A stretch of 64,000 nt of DNA from Bugula neritina. Taxonomy: Eukaryota > Animalia > Bryozoa. The notes under the pieces were generated by a model that was not told where the DNA came from, did no database searches, and saw nothing but the letters and a program-made list of their open reading frames with translations. Location of the stretch: the NCBI GenBank assembly GCA_964035545.1, contig OZ037768.1, positions 20,443,700-20,507,699 of the forward strand, read 5' to 3'. Shown piece after piece: positions 42,101-53,861 of the stretch (position 1 is its first letter; every line of letters starts with the position of its first letter). The position numbers and the translations under genes were made by a program.

Positions 42101-45100
42101 ATATCTGAATAACTATTGTAGTGTCTTAGAAGCAACCAATAAAAGACCAGTCATGAAATACTCGCACACACTGGGTGGAGGACCGATACCCCATAGTCAG
42201 GTCTCCAGATCAGCCGTGGCAAGGATGGCTAAACAGAGCATGATGGGAATGAGAAGAGCTTCCTCTGACCTCAATAGAACACAGAGCGCTGCAGTGACTG
42301 CACCAGGTAGGATAGTGCATTCACAGGGTACTACAGTGTACTCACAGGGTACTGCAGTGTACTCACAGGGTACTGCAGTGTACTCACAGGGTACTACAGT
42401 GTACTCACAGGGTACTACAGTGTACTCACAGGGTATTCACAGGGTACTACAGTGTATTCACAGGGTACTGCAGTGTACTCACAGGGTACTAAAGCTTACT
42501 CACAGGGTACTACAGTGTACTCACAGGGTACTACAGTGTACTCACAGGGTACTACAGTGTATTCACAGGGTACTACAGTGTACTCACAGGGTACTACAGT
42601 GTACTCACAGGGTACTACAGTGTATTCACAGGGTACTACAGTGTATTCGCAGGGTACTACAGTGTATTCACAGGGTACTACAGTGTATTCACAGGGTACT
42701 ACAGTGTACTCACAGGGTACTACAGTGTACTCACAGGGTACTACAGTGTACTCACAGGGTCCTACAGTGTATTCACAGGGTACTACAGTGTATTCACAGG
42801 GTACTACAGTGTATTCACAGGGTACTGCAGTGTACTCACAGGGTACTAAAGCTTACTCACAGGGTACTACAGTGTACTCACAGGGTACTACAGTGTACTC
42901 ACAGGGTACTACAGTGTATTCACAGGGTACTACAGTGTACTCACAGGGTACTACAGTGTACTCACAGGGTACTACAGTGTATTCGCAGGGTACTACAGTG
43001 TATTCGCAGGGTACTACAGTGTATTCACAGGGTACTACAGTGTATTCACAGGGTACTACAGTGTACTCACAGGGTACTACAGTGTACTCACAGGGTACTA
43101 CAGTGTACTCACAGGGTACTACAGTGTATTCACAGAGCTGATTCATAACAACCAGCTCTAGTTCCTAAGCAAAACAGCCTTGGATATTCAACTTGCTAGC
43201 TTGGATACTTTGCACAGCTTATATTAATAATCAAAATAGGCCAACGCCCAAGTATAATATAAGAAACAGTGTGGTATAATTATACAGTATTCTAAGAGTA
43301 TGCAATTGTCACATAACTTATACAGTATGTTGGAAATACAATATTATTGTATTATTGTATATTATATAAAGTATTACAATATATGAGTATTATATTATAT
43401 AAAGTTTTATAAGAATATAAGTATTATATTATATGTGTACGAGTACTATATTATATGTGTATGAGTATTATAATATATGTGTATGAGTATTATAATATAT
43501 GTGTATGAGTACTATATTATATGTGTATGAGTATTATATTATATGTGTATGAGTATTATAATATATGTGTATGAGTATTATAATATATGTGTATGAGTAC
43601 TATATTATATGTGTATGAGTATTATATTATATGTGTAATAGTATTATATTATATGTGTATGAGTATTATATTACATGTGTATAAGTACTATATTATATGT
43701 GTATGAGTATTATATTATATGTGTATGAGTATTATATTATATGTGTATGAGTATTATATTATATGTGTATGAGTATTATATTATATGTGTATGAGTACTA
43801 TATTATATGTGTATGAGTATTATATTATATGTGTATGAGTATTATATTATATGTGTATGAGTATTATATTATATGTGTATGAGTACTATATTATATGTGT
43901 ATGAGTACTATATTATATGTGTATGAGTACTATATTATATGTGTATGAGTATTATATTATATGTGTATGAGTACTATATTATATGTGTATGAGTATTATA
44001 TTATATGTGTATGAGTACTATATTATATGATTTGTAGAATTCCAGACAATACCAGGATTTCTACCAGGTCTAAAGAAACATGTTGGAGAATAATGTGCAG
44101 GACACGACATGACAGATATATAAACTTCAATATCCACTCTTCTCTCCACATAAGACTTGCAACTAATATGAGTTGGCAAAATTGAGAGCAACTTATTAAT
44201 TATTATATATTTAAATGTACCTACAAAACTGTGTTCCTCACTGAGTATGATAATATCATCGTATTGATTTTTTACCACGTCTAACTTTTCTTAATAATAA
44301 AATAACTTTGTTTCAACTATCTTCTAATAAAATTATTGACACATTAGAAATAACAGAAATGCGAAAAGCACAATACAAATATGATTGACTTTCCCAGCCT
44401 TTAAATTTTTACTAGTAAGCAAAATTAAGTAGGTTACTATTCCTTTAGATATAGAATAATTCATATGGCTTACAGAGACGAATTAGTGTTTATAGAGCAA
44501 TTAGCTGAGAAGCTATCTGTTCCTATGACATTCCTTCAACTCCGTGCAGCAGTGTTCAACAAAATTTTCTCAAATGGGGAGATAACTCAAAAGTGCAAAC
44601 ATTCTAGAATTGTTTGTTCATTAACTCACAACCCAAGTCTCCTATTAACCAAGTTAAGCAATCACTGTTTGTTAGAGACAAAATATATAAAACAAATAAA
44701 ATCAATATTAAATACATAAGCACAGTAGACTAAAAGCATAAGAATGCTGTATTTGACATTTAAATTTTCCTAAAATGCTTAAATAAACTTTATTTGCACT
44801 TATAATAATCTGTCAGACAAACACCTATACTAACACAGACTATTCACATATCAGTAAGTACACCTTGGGTCAGGATTGTGAAACAAATAAATACAGCTAA
44901 AAATAGAATCTGCAAAGCTAAAATGAAAATGGAAAAACTAGAAATGCAGTACAATGATGAAAATCACAAATTTATTAATTCTTATTCTAATAACTGATGT
45001 CTGGTGGTACAGCTGAACGATAGAAAAATACATATGAATTAAATCACTAAAGTTTAAGGGTTAATGATAGGACAAATGGTAGATATTCAGATACTTCTAT

Positions 45101-45285
45101 AGAAATAGATGAGTCATACCAGGATTCCGAAGTTGGTTGGACATCCAGAGATGACAGTTGGTCTGGGCCAAGCCAGTGGTGTTGTCCAGGTAGGGCTGCC
45201 TAAGTTTACGCTCCGTCATCATCTGGGAATTCCATTTCCTGACAGCATCCATGGCAGCCGTATACTTGGTATCATCTCCAATCAT
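33131..45285 (-). CDS. DPF2: DPF/requiem/ubi-d4 (BAF45) double-PHD-finger protein, ~377 aa; exons 45285-45120, 37137-36942, 36336-36134, 35850-35648, 34418-34316, 33885-33773, 33491-33410, 33198-33131
   Basis: Requiem N-terminal domain ([41 protein letters not shown]), C2H2 finger ([26 protein letters not shown]), double PHD ([80 protein letters not shown]); 1134 nt in phase. Likely the single invertebrate co-orthologue of DPF1/2/3; start codon uncertain. Confidence 0.93.
33915..34268. repeat. 22-bp minisatellite (TATTACTAGCTACAGTGTATTA)n, ~15 copies
   Basis: Fills most of the DPF intron 33886-34315. Confidence 0.93.
35145..35285. repeat. 24-bp tandem repeat (GACATCAGACACCTGTTAGTCWAT)n, ~5-6 copies
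   Basis: Directly visible in a DPF intron. Confidence 0.9.
35865..36075. repeat. 21-bp minisatellite (ACTACAGAGTATACCACAGTR)n, ~10 copies
   Basis: Fills most of the DPF intron 35851-36133, which splits the C2H2 finger. Confidence 0.93.
38185..44093 (+). CDS. Uncharacterised ~274-aa coiled-coil protein nested antisense in the DPF intron; exons 38185-38334, 38963-39049, 39479-39618, 40047-40172, 40559-40582, 41624-41680, 42122-42306, 44038-44093
   Basis: Eight GT-AG exons join in one stop-free frame (825 nt): [99 protein letters not shown]. In-frame stop upstream of the ATG; AATAAA near 44296. No family recognised; the 24- and 57-nt exons are least certain. Confidence 0.7.
40691..40968. repeat. 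21-bp minisatellite (GACAACACACTAGTTTACCTT)n, ~13 copies
   Basis: Regular 21-nt period; explains the CCQGKLV ORF. Confidence 0.95.
42320..43136. repeat. 21-bp minisatellite (CACAGGGTACTACAGTGTAYT)n, ~38 copies
   Basis: Begins 14 nt after the nested-gene donor at 42307; explains the YSQGTTV/HRVLQC ORFs. Confidence 0.97.
43385..44028. repeat. 22-bp minisatellite (GAGTATTATATTATATGTGTAT)n, ~28 copies
   Basis: Runs to within ~10 nt of the acceptor at 44037. Confidence 0.95.
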
Positions 45286-46033
45286 GATGACAAAGCCTGG
45301 GATCCAATCAGATTACTTGGCTACAAAAACACGCTCCTGAAATTGAGTTTCTCAGACTACAGGAGATAAAAACAACTGAAAACCTTTATAGTGAGAAGCT
45401 CTGTACAAAATGCTCATCGTAGCCAAATTTAGCTCTTTACTATAGAAAACTTCAGCTCAAACCTAGCCGTTCATTAGACTCAAGGCTTTTAAATGAAAAA
45501 TATAAAACTGACAAACAGGCACCCCCACCCTTTATGTTGAAGTTACAGAACTGATTGCATAGGCTATAATTATTTTAAAGTAAGATCTGGTTTAGACGGT
45601 AAAAATAAAAAATATGTCTAAACAGAGAAACAATGTTCAGCTAGCATTTCCACCAGACAGACATGCATGCATAGTTTGCCTAAACAAGCCTACTAGCTAC
45701 ACAATGTGAATCTTACATCCAAACATTCAAATATGAAATCACGTCCATGCAGCTAAAATGAGCCTGCTTGACATAATTAAAAAGCAACGATCTTTAATAT
45801 AAACATATAAAAACACATTATCAACAGGTGTACCAAAAGAAGCAAGTGAAGAATTTGATTTAGAGTAAAGTATTATTAGAATTTCAAAGTTAAGGAAAGG
45901 TATTGCTTCACCTTTACTTCATGTTAGCCATAGTCCTAAATATTAAGTCATGTATTTCGAGAAGTTTGAATTAGCAATTATTAACTATACTAAGCGTGAT
46001 TGTTAAACTCAACGGTTTCATCCCCAATAAATG

Positions 46034-46432
46034 CTTCCCAGTTACTGGCTATTTTTTATTTCTTTAACATAATATATAGTAATATATCTATATAACTGTT
46101 GCCTTGATTGCTAAATAGCTAACATGCTAATAGCTATAATAGCTAATATGAATTACCTAGAATAATATTCCAATTTTTACGAATTTGTGTGGGACAAAAA
46201 AAAAACAATACATTAATGATAGACATTATCTTTAATGAATACTTATTAACGAAATATCTTTTCAAACAACAAGAAGTATAGCAAATGCAAAATTAATAAG
46301 TTAATGCAGATCAAAAGAATTTATTTATGTTCTAAATAACAAGAAATTAATCCAAGTTTATTTAAATATGCAAATGTTTCAATAGTCTTCAAATAAATTG
46401 TACAAAATAAATAATAGCGTCTAACTGGGAAG
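46034..46432 (-). mobile_element. ~400-bp MITE, copy 2 (inverted relative to 13318-13723)
   Basis: TIRs CTTCCCAGTTACTGGCTATTTT ... AATAGCGTCTAACTGGGAAG; interior similar to copy 1. Confidence 0.75.
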
Positions 46433-47759
46433 TCTAGCCTAGTGTCTACCTGTGATGACACCAACTCAATCAACTTTAAGTGCACATGACGGTGACCAAC
46501 AGGAAAACTTAAGTTAATGTACACTCATAAATTTACATTAATAATAGCATCCTAAACTATCCAGTTGGCCATAACTCATAATGAGCATGCCCGAATTTTT
46601 CAACAGTTAGCCATTGCCATTGATTTTAGCTTCAAGTGTAAGTGTCTATCGAGTCGAACTGTGTCATTCTGATCTCATATAATTATCATAGTCCTACTGA
46701 TAGTGATACTGATACTCCCACTACTAGTCATAGTGATACTCATCAGACTCAGTCGTTCTGATAGTGATAGTCATACTCATAGTCATACTGAATGAATATA
46801 TCATATTATGATATTAATTATAGCTACGACTAAAATTATGATAATTATAACTAACTCTATGTTGATGTTCAAGTTTTGCAATTATCATTATAATTATGAT
46901 TAACTTTAATACTTAAACTATGACTATGAGTATGAGTATCACTATCAGATTATTAAATTTAATACATAAACTTAAAGATATTAGATAAATATTTAATTTT
47001 ATGTGTGATTACATTTACTAATTAACAATGAAAAACAATTACTCATTTATTCAATTTTATTTGAAAATTATTAAAACTGAATCCCGTCTTATAGTAATAC
47101 TAATAATTATAATAATTCTATTAGAATTGTATTTATTAGAATTTCTAATAGTAATTTTATAGTTATTCGGTTTTGTAGTTTACAATTACTTATTCGTGCA
47201 ATTTTGCCAAGCAATGATATTCAGACTTGCTAAAACACATTGTAAATTAAAATAATTTGCAATTAAATTTCTAATTAGTGATTAGTCCATGAATAGGAAA
47301 GAATGAATGATAATTAAGCTTAGCTGTAAGACAAAGCAACTGGGATTGTTCAGTTTAACACTTTTTTGACTATCTAGGCGCAAGAAACAAGAAAAAAAAC
47401 TTGTGTCGCTACTTCTGAAATCAGTCGCAGTCAAAGTGATATGTAGCCTTTGGTCACGGCTGCTGATGAATATTCATATTGCCTTCGTGTCAACCCGGCA
47501 TAGAATACGACTATACGCCTACGGATACTTCTGCGTCTATTTGACTTTCAGCATCCAGTAGAAGTCCTACATTCACATTCAATGTGACATTGGGTTGTCA
47601 TTATTATTACTCAATTATTAGGATTATCTCAGGATAAGCTTCAAATTCTAACAGAATGAGATAAGCCTAAGGTCAATGTAAAGCTGAAGTTGAAGTTTCC
47701 ATGGAGCTTTAAACTTAAAGTTTAAAAAATACATCGCGATACGTCACAACTACAGACTG

Positions 47760-48400
47760 AGACTACTACTACTAGTAGTAGTACTACTCACTACTGGAGT
47801 ACTACTAGTACTACTAGTAATACTAGGCTTACAGTTACAGTTACTCACTTCTAGTTCTATTTTTAGTTTTAAACTTTATGATCATTATGACTATACTCAT
47901 AGTTATTGAATTTAATTAAGTAAAAAATAATACTACTACTGTACTAGTAGTAGTAGTCTAGTACTAGTAGTAGTAGTAACTAGTAATACCATTAGACTTA
48001 GTCCATTACCAATACTCATGCTCTTTGTCTTACTAATACTAATAGTAATAGTAATACTAATAGTAATAGTAAATGTAATGCTATTACCATTAGTATTACT
48101 ATTAATTTTAGTATAAGTATAAGTGACTATTACTGTAATACTAATACTAATACTATAGTAATAGTATTATTGAGTAATATTAATACTAATAGTTAAAGTA
48201 ATAATAATAAAATATTAATAATAGACAAATACTCATACATTCAATGTCATAACTCATACTGAAATCGAACTAGTAAGAGTCTTACTAATACTAAGACTAA
48301 TAATAATAGTAATACTCAAATGGTAATAGTTATAACGTATAAGATTAAGTTATAGTGACTGACTGTAATATTGATGTTCTAATACTAATATCAATATGAA
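47760..48400. repeat. (ACT/TAG/TAA)n low-complexity tract
   Basis: Degenerate tri/hexanucleotide repeats visible directly. Confidence 0.8.
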
Positions 48401-48414
48401 TATGATAACACTTT

Positions 48415-49468
48415 GCATTACATTTACATTTGATCTTGATTGGGTCAAGTCCCAAGACCTCTCAGAGAAAGTATTTGTGGGACCCTCGGATCTATCTAAG
48501 CTCAGAAATCCGCCACCATCTCCCCCCCCCCCGTACAAAGCTCCCGGACAGTGCGCAACAGGAAACCCTGCAGGTACAGGCTCGAATCGCAGGCTATAGC
48601 ATTGAAGGTGTTAATACGGGTATTCATATTATGGGTTGAGGATTTCATAGATTTAAGGGTGTTATTTAGGGTTGGAAATAAATCCTCATTAGCAGTAATA
48701 CGACACAACAAAGAAATTCTCTGTGACTGTCTGCGCTTTCTTAATGTTTCTAGGCCTAGGTAAAATTTGGCATCTGTTACCGATGCTTCTCTACCCTTTA
48801 AATTTTTAATGAACCATACAGCCCTATTTTGAGTACCTTCTAATTTTGTTATTAGATGCTTATTGCACCGGTCCCATACTTCAGCACCATATTCCAGGAG
48901 AGGTCTACAAAGAGTTTTATATGCAAGAATTTTAACATTTTCTGGGGCATTTCCTAGTGCGAACTTGATTAGTCCTAACACCCTGTATGCCTTTGAAATC
49001 ACATTTTCGACATGCCTATTTCATTTAAAATCTGCTGATAGCAACATTCCAAAGTATTTTACAATTCCTACTCTATTTAGGGGATCATCTCCTAATTTAT
49101 AAGTAAAGATATTTTCTAAATTTTCTGTTTTCTTACCAAAGGTGATGACATTACTTTTCTTTGAGTTAAACTTCATATTGTTTTCTTTTGCCCACCTATA
49201 AAGTCTAAAAAGATCTCCCTGCAGTTTATGATGGTCATTTGGTTTAGTAATGGGCAGATAGACAAGAGTGTTATCAGCAAAAAACCTGATTGTACTATGT
49301 GTAACGCAGTTTACAATGTCATTAATAAACAAAACGAATCATGTTGGACCCAGCACACTTCCTTGTGGAACCCCGGAAGTCGCTGGTGCTAAATCCGAAG
49401 ATACCCCATCGATGACCACTCGTTGTGAGCGTCCAGTTAAAAATGCTGAAACCCATCGGATAATACAA
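48415..49468 (-). mobile_element. 5'-truncated, decayed non-LTR retrotransposon (CR1/L2-like group): RT C-terminal part, 3' UTR and (AAATGT)n-like tail
   Basis: Minus strand reads WVSAFLTGRSQRVVIDG..SGVPQGSVLGPTWFVLFINDI..IRFFADNT..LQGDL..WAKENNMKFNSKK..KYFG, then an in-frame stop at ~49021, then KAYRVLGLIK..LAYKTLCRPLLEYGAEVWD..LEGTQNRA. Catalytic [YF]ADD has degraded to FADN. Confidence 0.92.
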
Positions 49469-52045
49469 TGAATTCAATTTAGTTTTACTTATTAATAATT
49501 AGTAATACTAATACTATAGACGTAGTATTACTATTGTACTATTAGTATTATACTTGGCAATGCTATCATAGTATTGCAATAATGAATAATACAATATCAA
49601 TATAAATATGAGTGTTCTGCCTCACCCTCTGTTATTGTAAATATAATTGTAAGCAATAAATGAATTAGTATTACAGCTACAATCATTTTTATTGTAGTTA
49701 TTTACAATTATATTTATATTTCTCACAGACAGGCTGAAACTAAGTGAGACACATCCAACAACCATTATAATTATCATTTATTTAGGATTAGTCACTCGTG
49801 ACTCACTATCAGTATCATACTTGGTGACTATTACTATGGCTATCGAATTCTAAATTCAATTATTTCAATGGTATTATTAATATAATTGTACTATACATTA
49901 AAGTTCAAATTAATGTTGATTCCTAGAAACTTAATTAATGTTGTTATTATAATTATAGCTATACTACTACTTACTACTTACAGTTAGTTATGGTTATACT
50001 AAGAGTAAGTCTAACAGTGATGCTTCTAGTTATATTCATATTCAAACTTGCCTTTAAAAACTGTAACTGCTGTATGTGTAAGCTGTGTCTAGCATTTTCA
50101 TGTTAAAGTTTACACACGCACACATAACCGCTAACACGCACACACCTTATCTTTTATGAAATTTTAAAATTTTACTTATTTGTTAAATCTAGCACTCTTT
50201 TCCGGTATTTGATATTGTAACAATATTTGAAAATTTAGTTTATCAGCATTGTTGTGTCTATACTATTTAATTTGTCTGGCATTTGCTCACACTTTATTTT
50301 AATTTGGTAATTTGCCCTTGGAGTATTATTTTTGCAACTGAAAATGAAAAGAATCTTATTGTCAGAAATTTTTTTTTATGTCTCTCACTAAATTTCTGTG
50401 AATTGAACTGTTTTATAGGAAACCACTTTCCTGAATTTTAGAATATAATCGTGTGTGTTATGGTGGTGCAAGGTGTTTGATGCTTTTCGATATTTTTAGG
50501 AGACTATCGGAAAGCAGCTGCTATACTTTAGAATGGCTCATCTTTAACTAACTGGGTGCATATGAGAAACTTATTGGATACAATATCTTTTTCAATATAT
50601 CAGCTACAATGATGGATTAAAGGTGTGTACATTATAAGAACCTTGTGCTGATAGTCTGCCACATGTTTAAGTTTTCTTTTAATATTTTAAAAGTTTGTTA
50701 ATGCGTCTCCCTATACATAAACAGAATGTTTAGGTTTCGCAAAAATATGTTGAACCCTACTAGTCTACTACACTGCAACAATCACACTTCAATGCCACAC
50801 ACTAAAAGTGTCCACAAAGCAAGTCCGCATTTACATGGTTGACCTAGTTTTACTTGCCACTAGCCAAGTCCATTTCAACTTCTCCTTCTTGTATGCCATG
50901 TTTATCTGGCTGAGCAGTATGTTTGTCAAAACTTATATGTTTGAGTTTAAATTGAAATTCAATGATATTCGCTTGCCATTTCTGTGCAAATCAGCACTGT
51001 ACTAAATGGTATAGTGATACCAACATACCTTTACTTTTCTGGCGAATCTAACATTTCACTCACTCTGCACTGTATACACATCTTTGCAGTGGTTTGATAG
51101 AAAATTATGGGCACAGCAGTAAGCTTAATTTCATTGAAAAAACTATCTAAATACAGCTTCGGAATTTTAAGCAGTATAATGTTTTAGACAATAATTTAGA
51201 GTTTTCTCCTCATGCCTCCCCTAGAAGTTGTGGTTGCTAACCGCACATGTTTTTCTAATCTCGGGCTACTTAAGCTTTATTAAAAAATAAGAATAGGATT
51301 GTATCATGCTCATATAATATGTCTAGCAATCACCAGTCATACATCTTTTATAATGATGCAACCCACAAAACTTCCAAGTTTACTTTTTGATTCATATATT
51401 GCAGTGCTGTACTTTATTCAGTCACATTGATTACATATTCAGCTGAAGGTGATTCATATATCATGATGAAAGCTAGGTATAAATAGCTTAGTTATTGTAT
51501 TTGAGAACTGGGCCACATAACTTGTATAACTTGTAATCAAATACTGAAACACCCTTTTGATGAAGATCCTCTTTTAGTTAAATTACTGCATTCATAGGAA
51601 GATGATTGATTTCGTCAGGTTTTATAACTGGTTACAGTAGGAGGTGATCCCACATTATTTATTGTTTATATTTGTTTTATGCAATACGGCTGTTTATTAT
51701 TGCTCTTTAAATTTTTTTAATGAAAAGTATGAAAGTATGGGATAAATCTTCTCTTTTCTAAAACTAATACTCATATAAATGGTGTCTGGTCAATGCAGGA
51801 ACCACTTATCTGCTCTCCTGTATATTGTCTTAAAATAATTGGGTTTTCAAATTGAGACTATTGGATTAGCATGAAATGTCTTTTTGTTAATATGCTATTG
51901 TATTGAATAATTATTGTGTGTAAAAGACCATAGCTTTGTAAAACTGCAATAGCTCGCATGACAATGAATAATCAAGTTTTATAAAGCCATTTATAGCTCA
52001 AGTGCTCATTATAATAGAGCGTAATTGTGGTTTACTTGCGATAAA

Positions 52046-52148
52046 GGGTGTAATGAAGACGTCCCGAACTACGCTTTAGGATAGCAAGCTAAGGGGAATC
52101 CCCTCCGATAATCATTCCAGCGCTGCTAGGTTTTCCCACTGAACACTC
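52046..52148 (+). ncRNA. Candidate box C/D snoRNA
   Basis: C-like ATGAAGA (52053-59), D box CTGA (52139-42), terminal stem GGGTGT/ACACTC in kink-turn register, internal hairpin AGGGG-AAT-CCCCT; GC-richer than its flanks. No target recognised. Confidence 0.3.
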
Positions 52149-52809
52149 AGTCAATATCATACAACTATAGTAACTACTTGTATAACTCCAGTCTAGACTC
52201 TAGTTACTAGTTCTGAGGCATTTCATTAAAACAGGTTAACTTATTTTCCAACTTTTTACTAAGAATACATGTAAGTACCTAATACCTTGCAATTCATAAA
52301 TTGTTTCTTACAGTGGAATAATATATCATTATCATATGTTTCATTCTTTTACCACTGATAGCTATGAAACCAGTTTATGTTATGTTAGTGTTACAGTTTT
52401 GGTTGATTCAACTAGAATGAAATTTTAAATACTATCATTCATAAGTTACTATTAATATTGTTATATAATTTACATTTTTTTATTTGTATTAGTTTATTAT
52501 GTTCAACTTGGCTTGTCGACTTCTGTTTTTTAAATTAAAAAAACAGAATTTGTATATTTACTACATTCAACATGCTTCTACAATCCGATGTCCTGTTTTA
52601 AGGTGTTTTTCAATGGCTGCACTTATAGACTTATACCCCTAGAGTTTATTTACCATCTTAATACCATAACAGGACCTTTAGCTTTGCCAGTATTTAAACC
52701 CAGTCCCTAGGCCTTGTATATTTAGCCACACATCAAGTGCTTATATACAGTTAAATCAAAATGCAGTACCAGTTTAATTAACGCTATGATCTATTTTAAT
52801 TAACATCAT

Positions 52810-53228
52810 CACTGGTATAGTAGTGGTACTACTACTACTACTAGTAGTAGTAGTAGTGTAGTAGTACTTGTAGTAATACCATGCAGTAGTAGTAGTAACT
52901 GTAGTGGTAGTAGTAGTACTGTAGTGGTAGTGGTGGTGGCAGTAGTAATAGTAGCAGTACTAGTAGTAGTAATAGTGGTAGTGTGGAAGTGATAGTAGTA
53001 CTAGTAGTAGTAGTAGCAGTAGTAGTGATACTAGTAGTAGTAGCAGTAGTAGTGGTACTAATAGTAGTAGCAGTAGCATTGGTACTACTAGCAGTATCAG
53101 TAGTAGTACTAGTAGTAGTAGTAGCAGTATCAGTAGTAGTACTAGTACTAGTAGTAGTAGTAGTGGCAGTAGTAGTGGTACTAGTAGCAGTAGTAGTGGT
53201 ACTAGTAGCAGTAGTAGTAACTCAGTAA
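52810..53228. repeat. (GTA)n-rich microsatellite/low-complexity tract
   Basis: Directly visible; explains the Val-rich ORF. Confidence 0.93.
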
Positions 53229-53861
53229 TAATATTATTACTGTATGTAAACCTCCCAATACTGCTCTTAGCTAGTGATCATATGAATGGTATTTCAGGAG
53301 CAGAGGAATGTTATATCTCTAAAGATTTTATACTTGAATGTTGGAAAGAAGATCTCTTTTCCTAAACTTAACCCAAGTCACTCTACTATTTCTACTCGTA
53401 CTAAACTCAAGAAATGTGAGTATTTTACCCAGTTTTGTGCTATTAACCTACAGGGACTGGTTTATCTCTGCTCTTGCTTTAGCATGAGTTAATACAGGAG
53501 TTTAACTCCAACTCAACTTTACCATCAACTCATAAGATACTAATAGGTTGTCACATAAACAACATTCTGTCACCATATAGGATGACCCAACTCTGACCAT
53601 TCAGTTAGAGGAAATGGTTATGGGGCAATGTTATTTGTCAACTTAGCAATCATGACTACTAGTTAGCTGTTAACTTCAACCTATCACTGTAATTGCTGTT
53701 GCAGAGTATGTTGTGGAATCTGTAGGTAAGAAGGATTTTGGCCAATCATTCCTTGTAAAAATGTATGTTAAAAATCCTGTTTCACCACAATTTTTTATGA
53801 CTGAATTGTATGTTGAAATTGTATTTTTTGCCAGGTATTAACGGAGTTGTTTCCTCTTAGA

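Noticed and set aside
42307-43148. 331-, 229- and 97-aa repetitive ORFs (HRVLQC / YSQGTTV / CEYTVVP)
   Set aside because: 21-bp minisatellite open in several frames; only 42122-42306 is modelled as exon.
44465-44719. 84-aa ORF after the nested gene
   Set aside because: No recognisable motif, lies past the nested gene's stop and AATAAA, and the nearby acceptor leads to an early stop in this frame; it cannot be supported.
47380-47570. GC-richer island with TGATGA, possible snoRNA or first exon
   Set aside because: No properly placed D box or terminal stem; cannot tell promoter/UTR from a repeat fragment.
53705-53725. 21-nt micro-exon candidate upstream of the UBZ gene ATG
   Set aside because: Good splice sites but no open frame into the next exon; at most a 5'-UTR exon.
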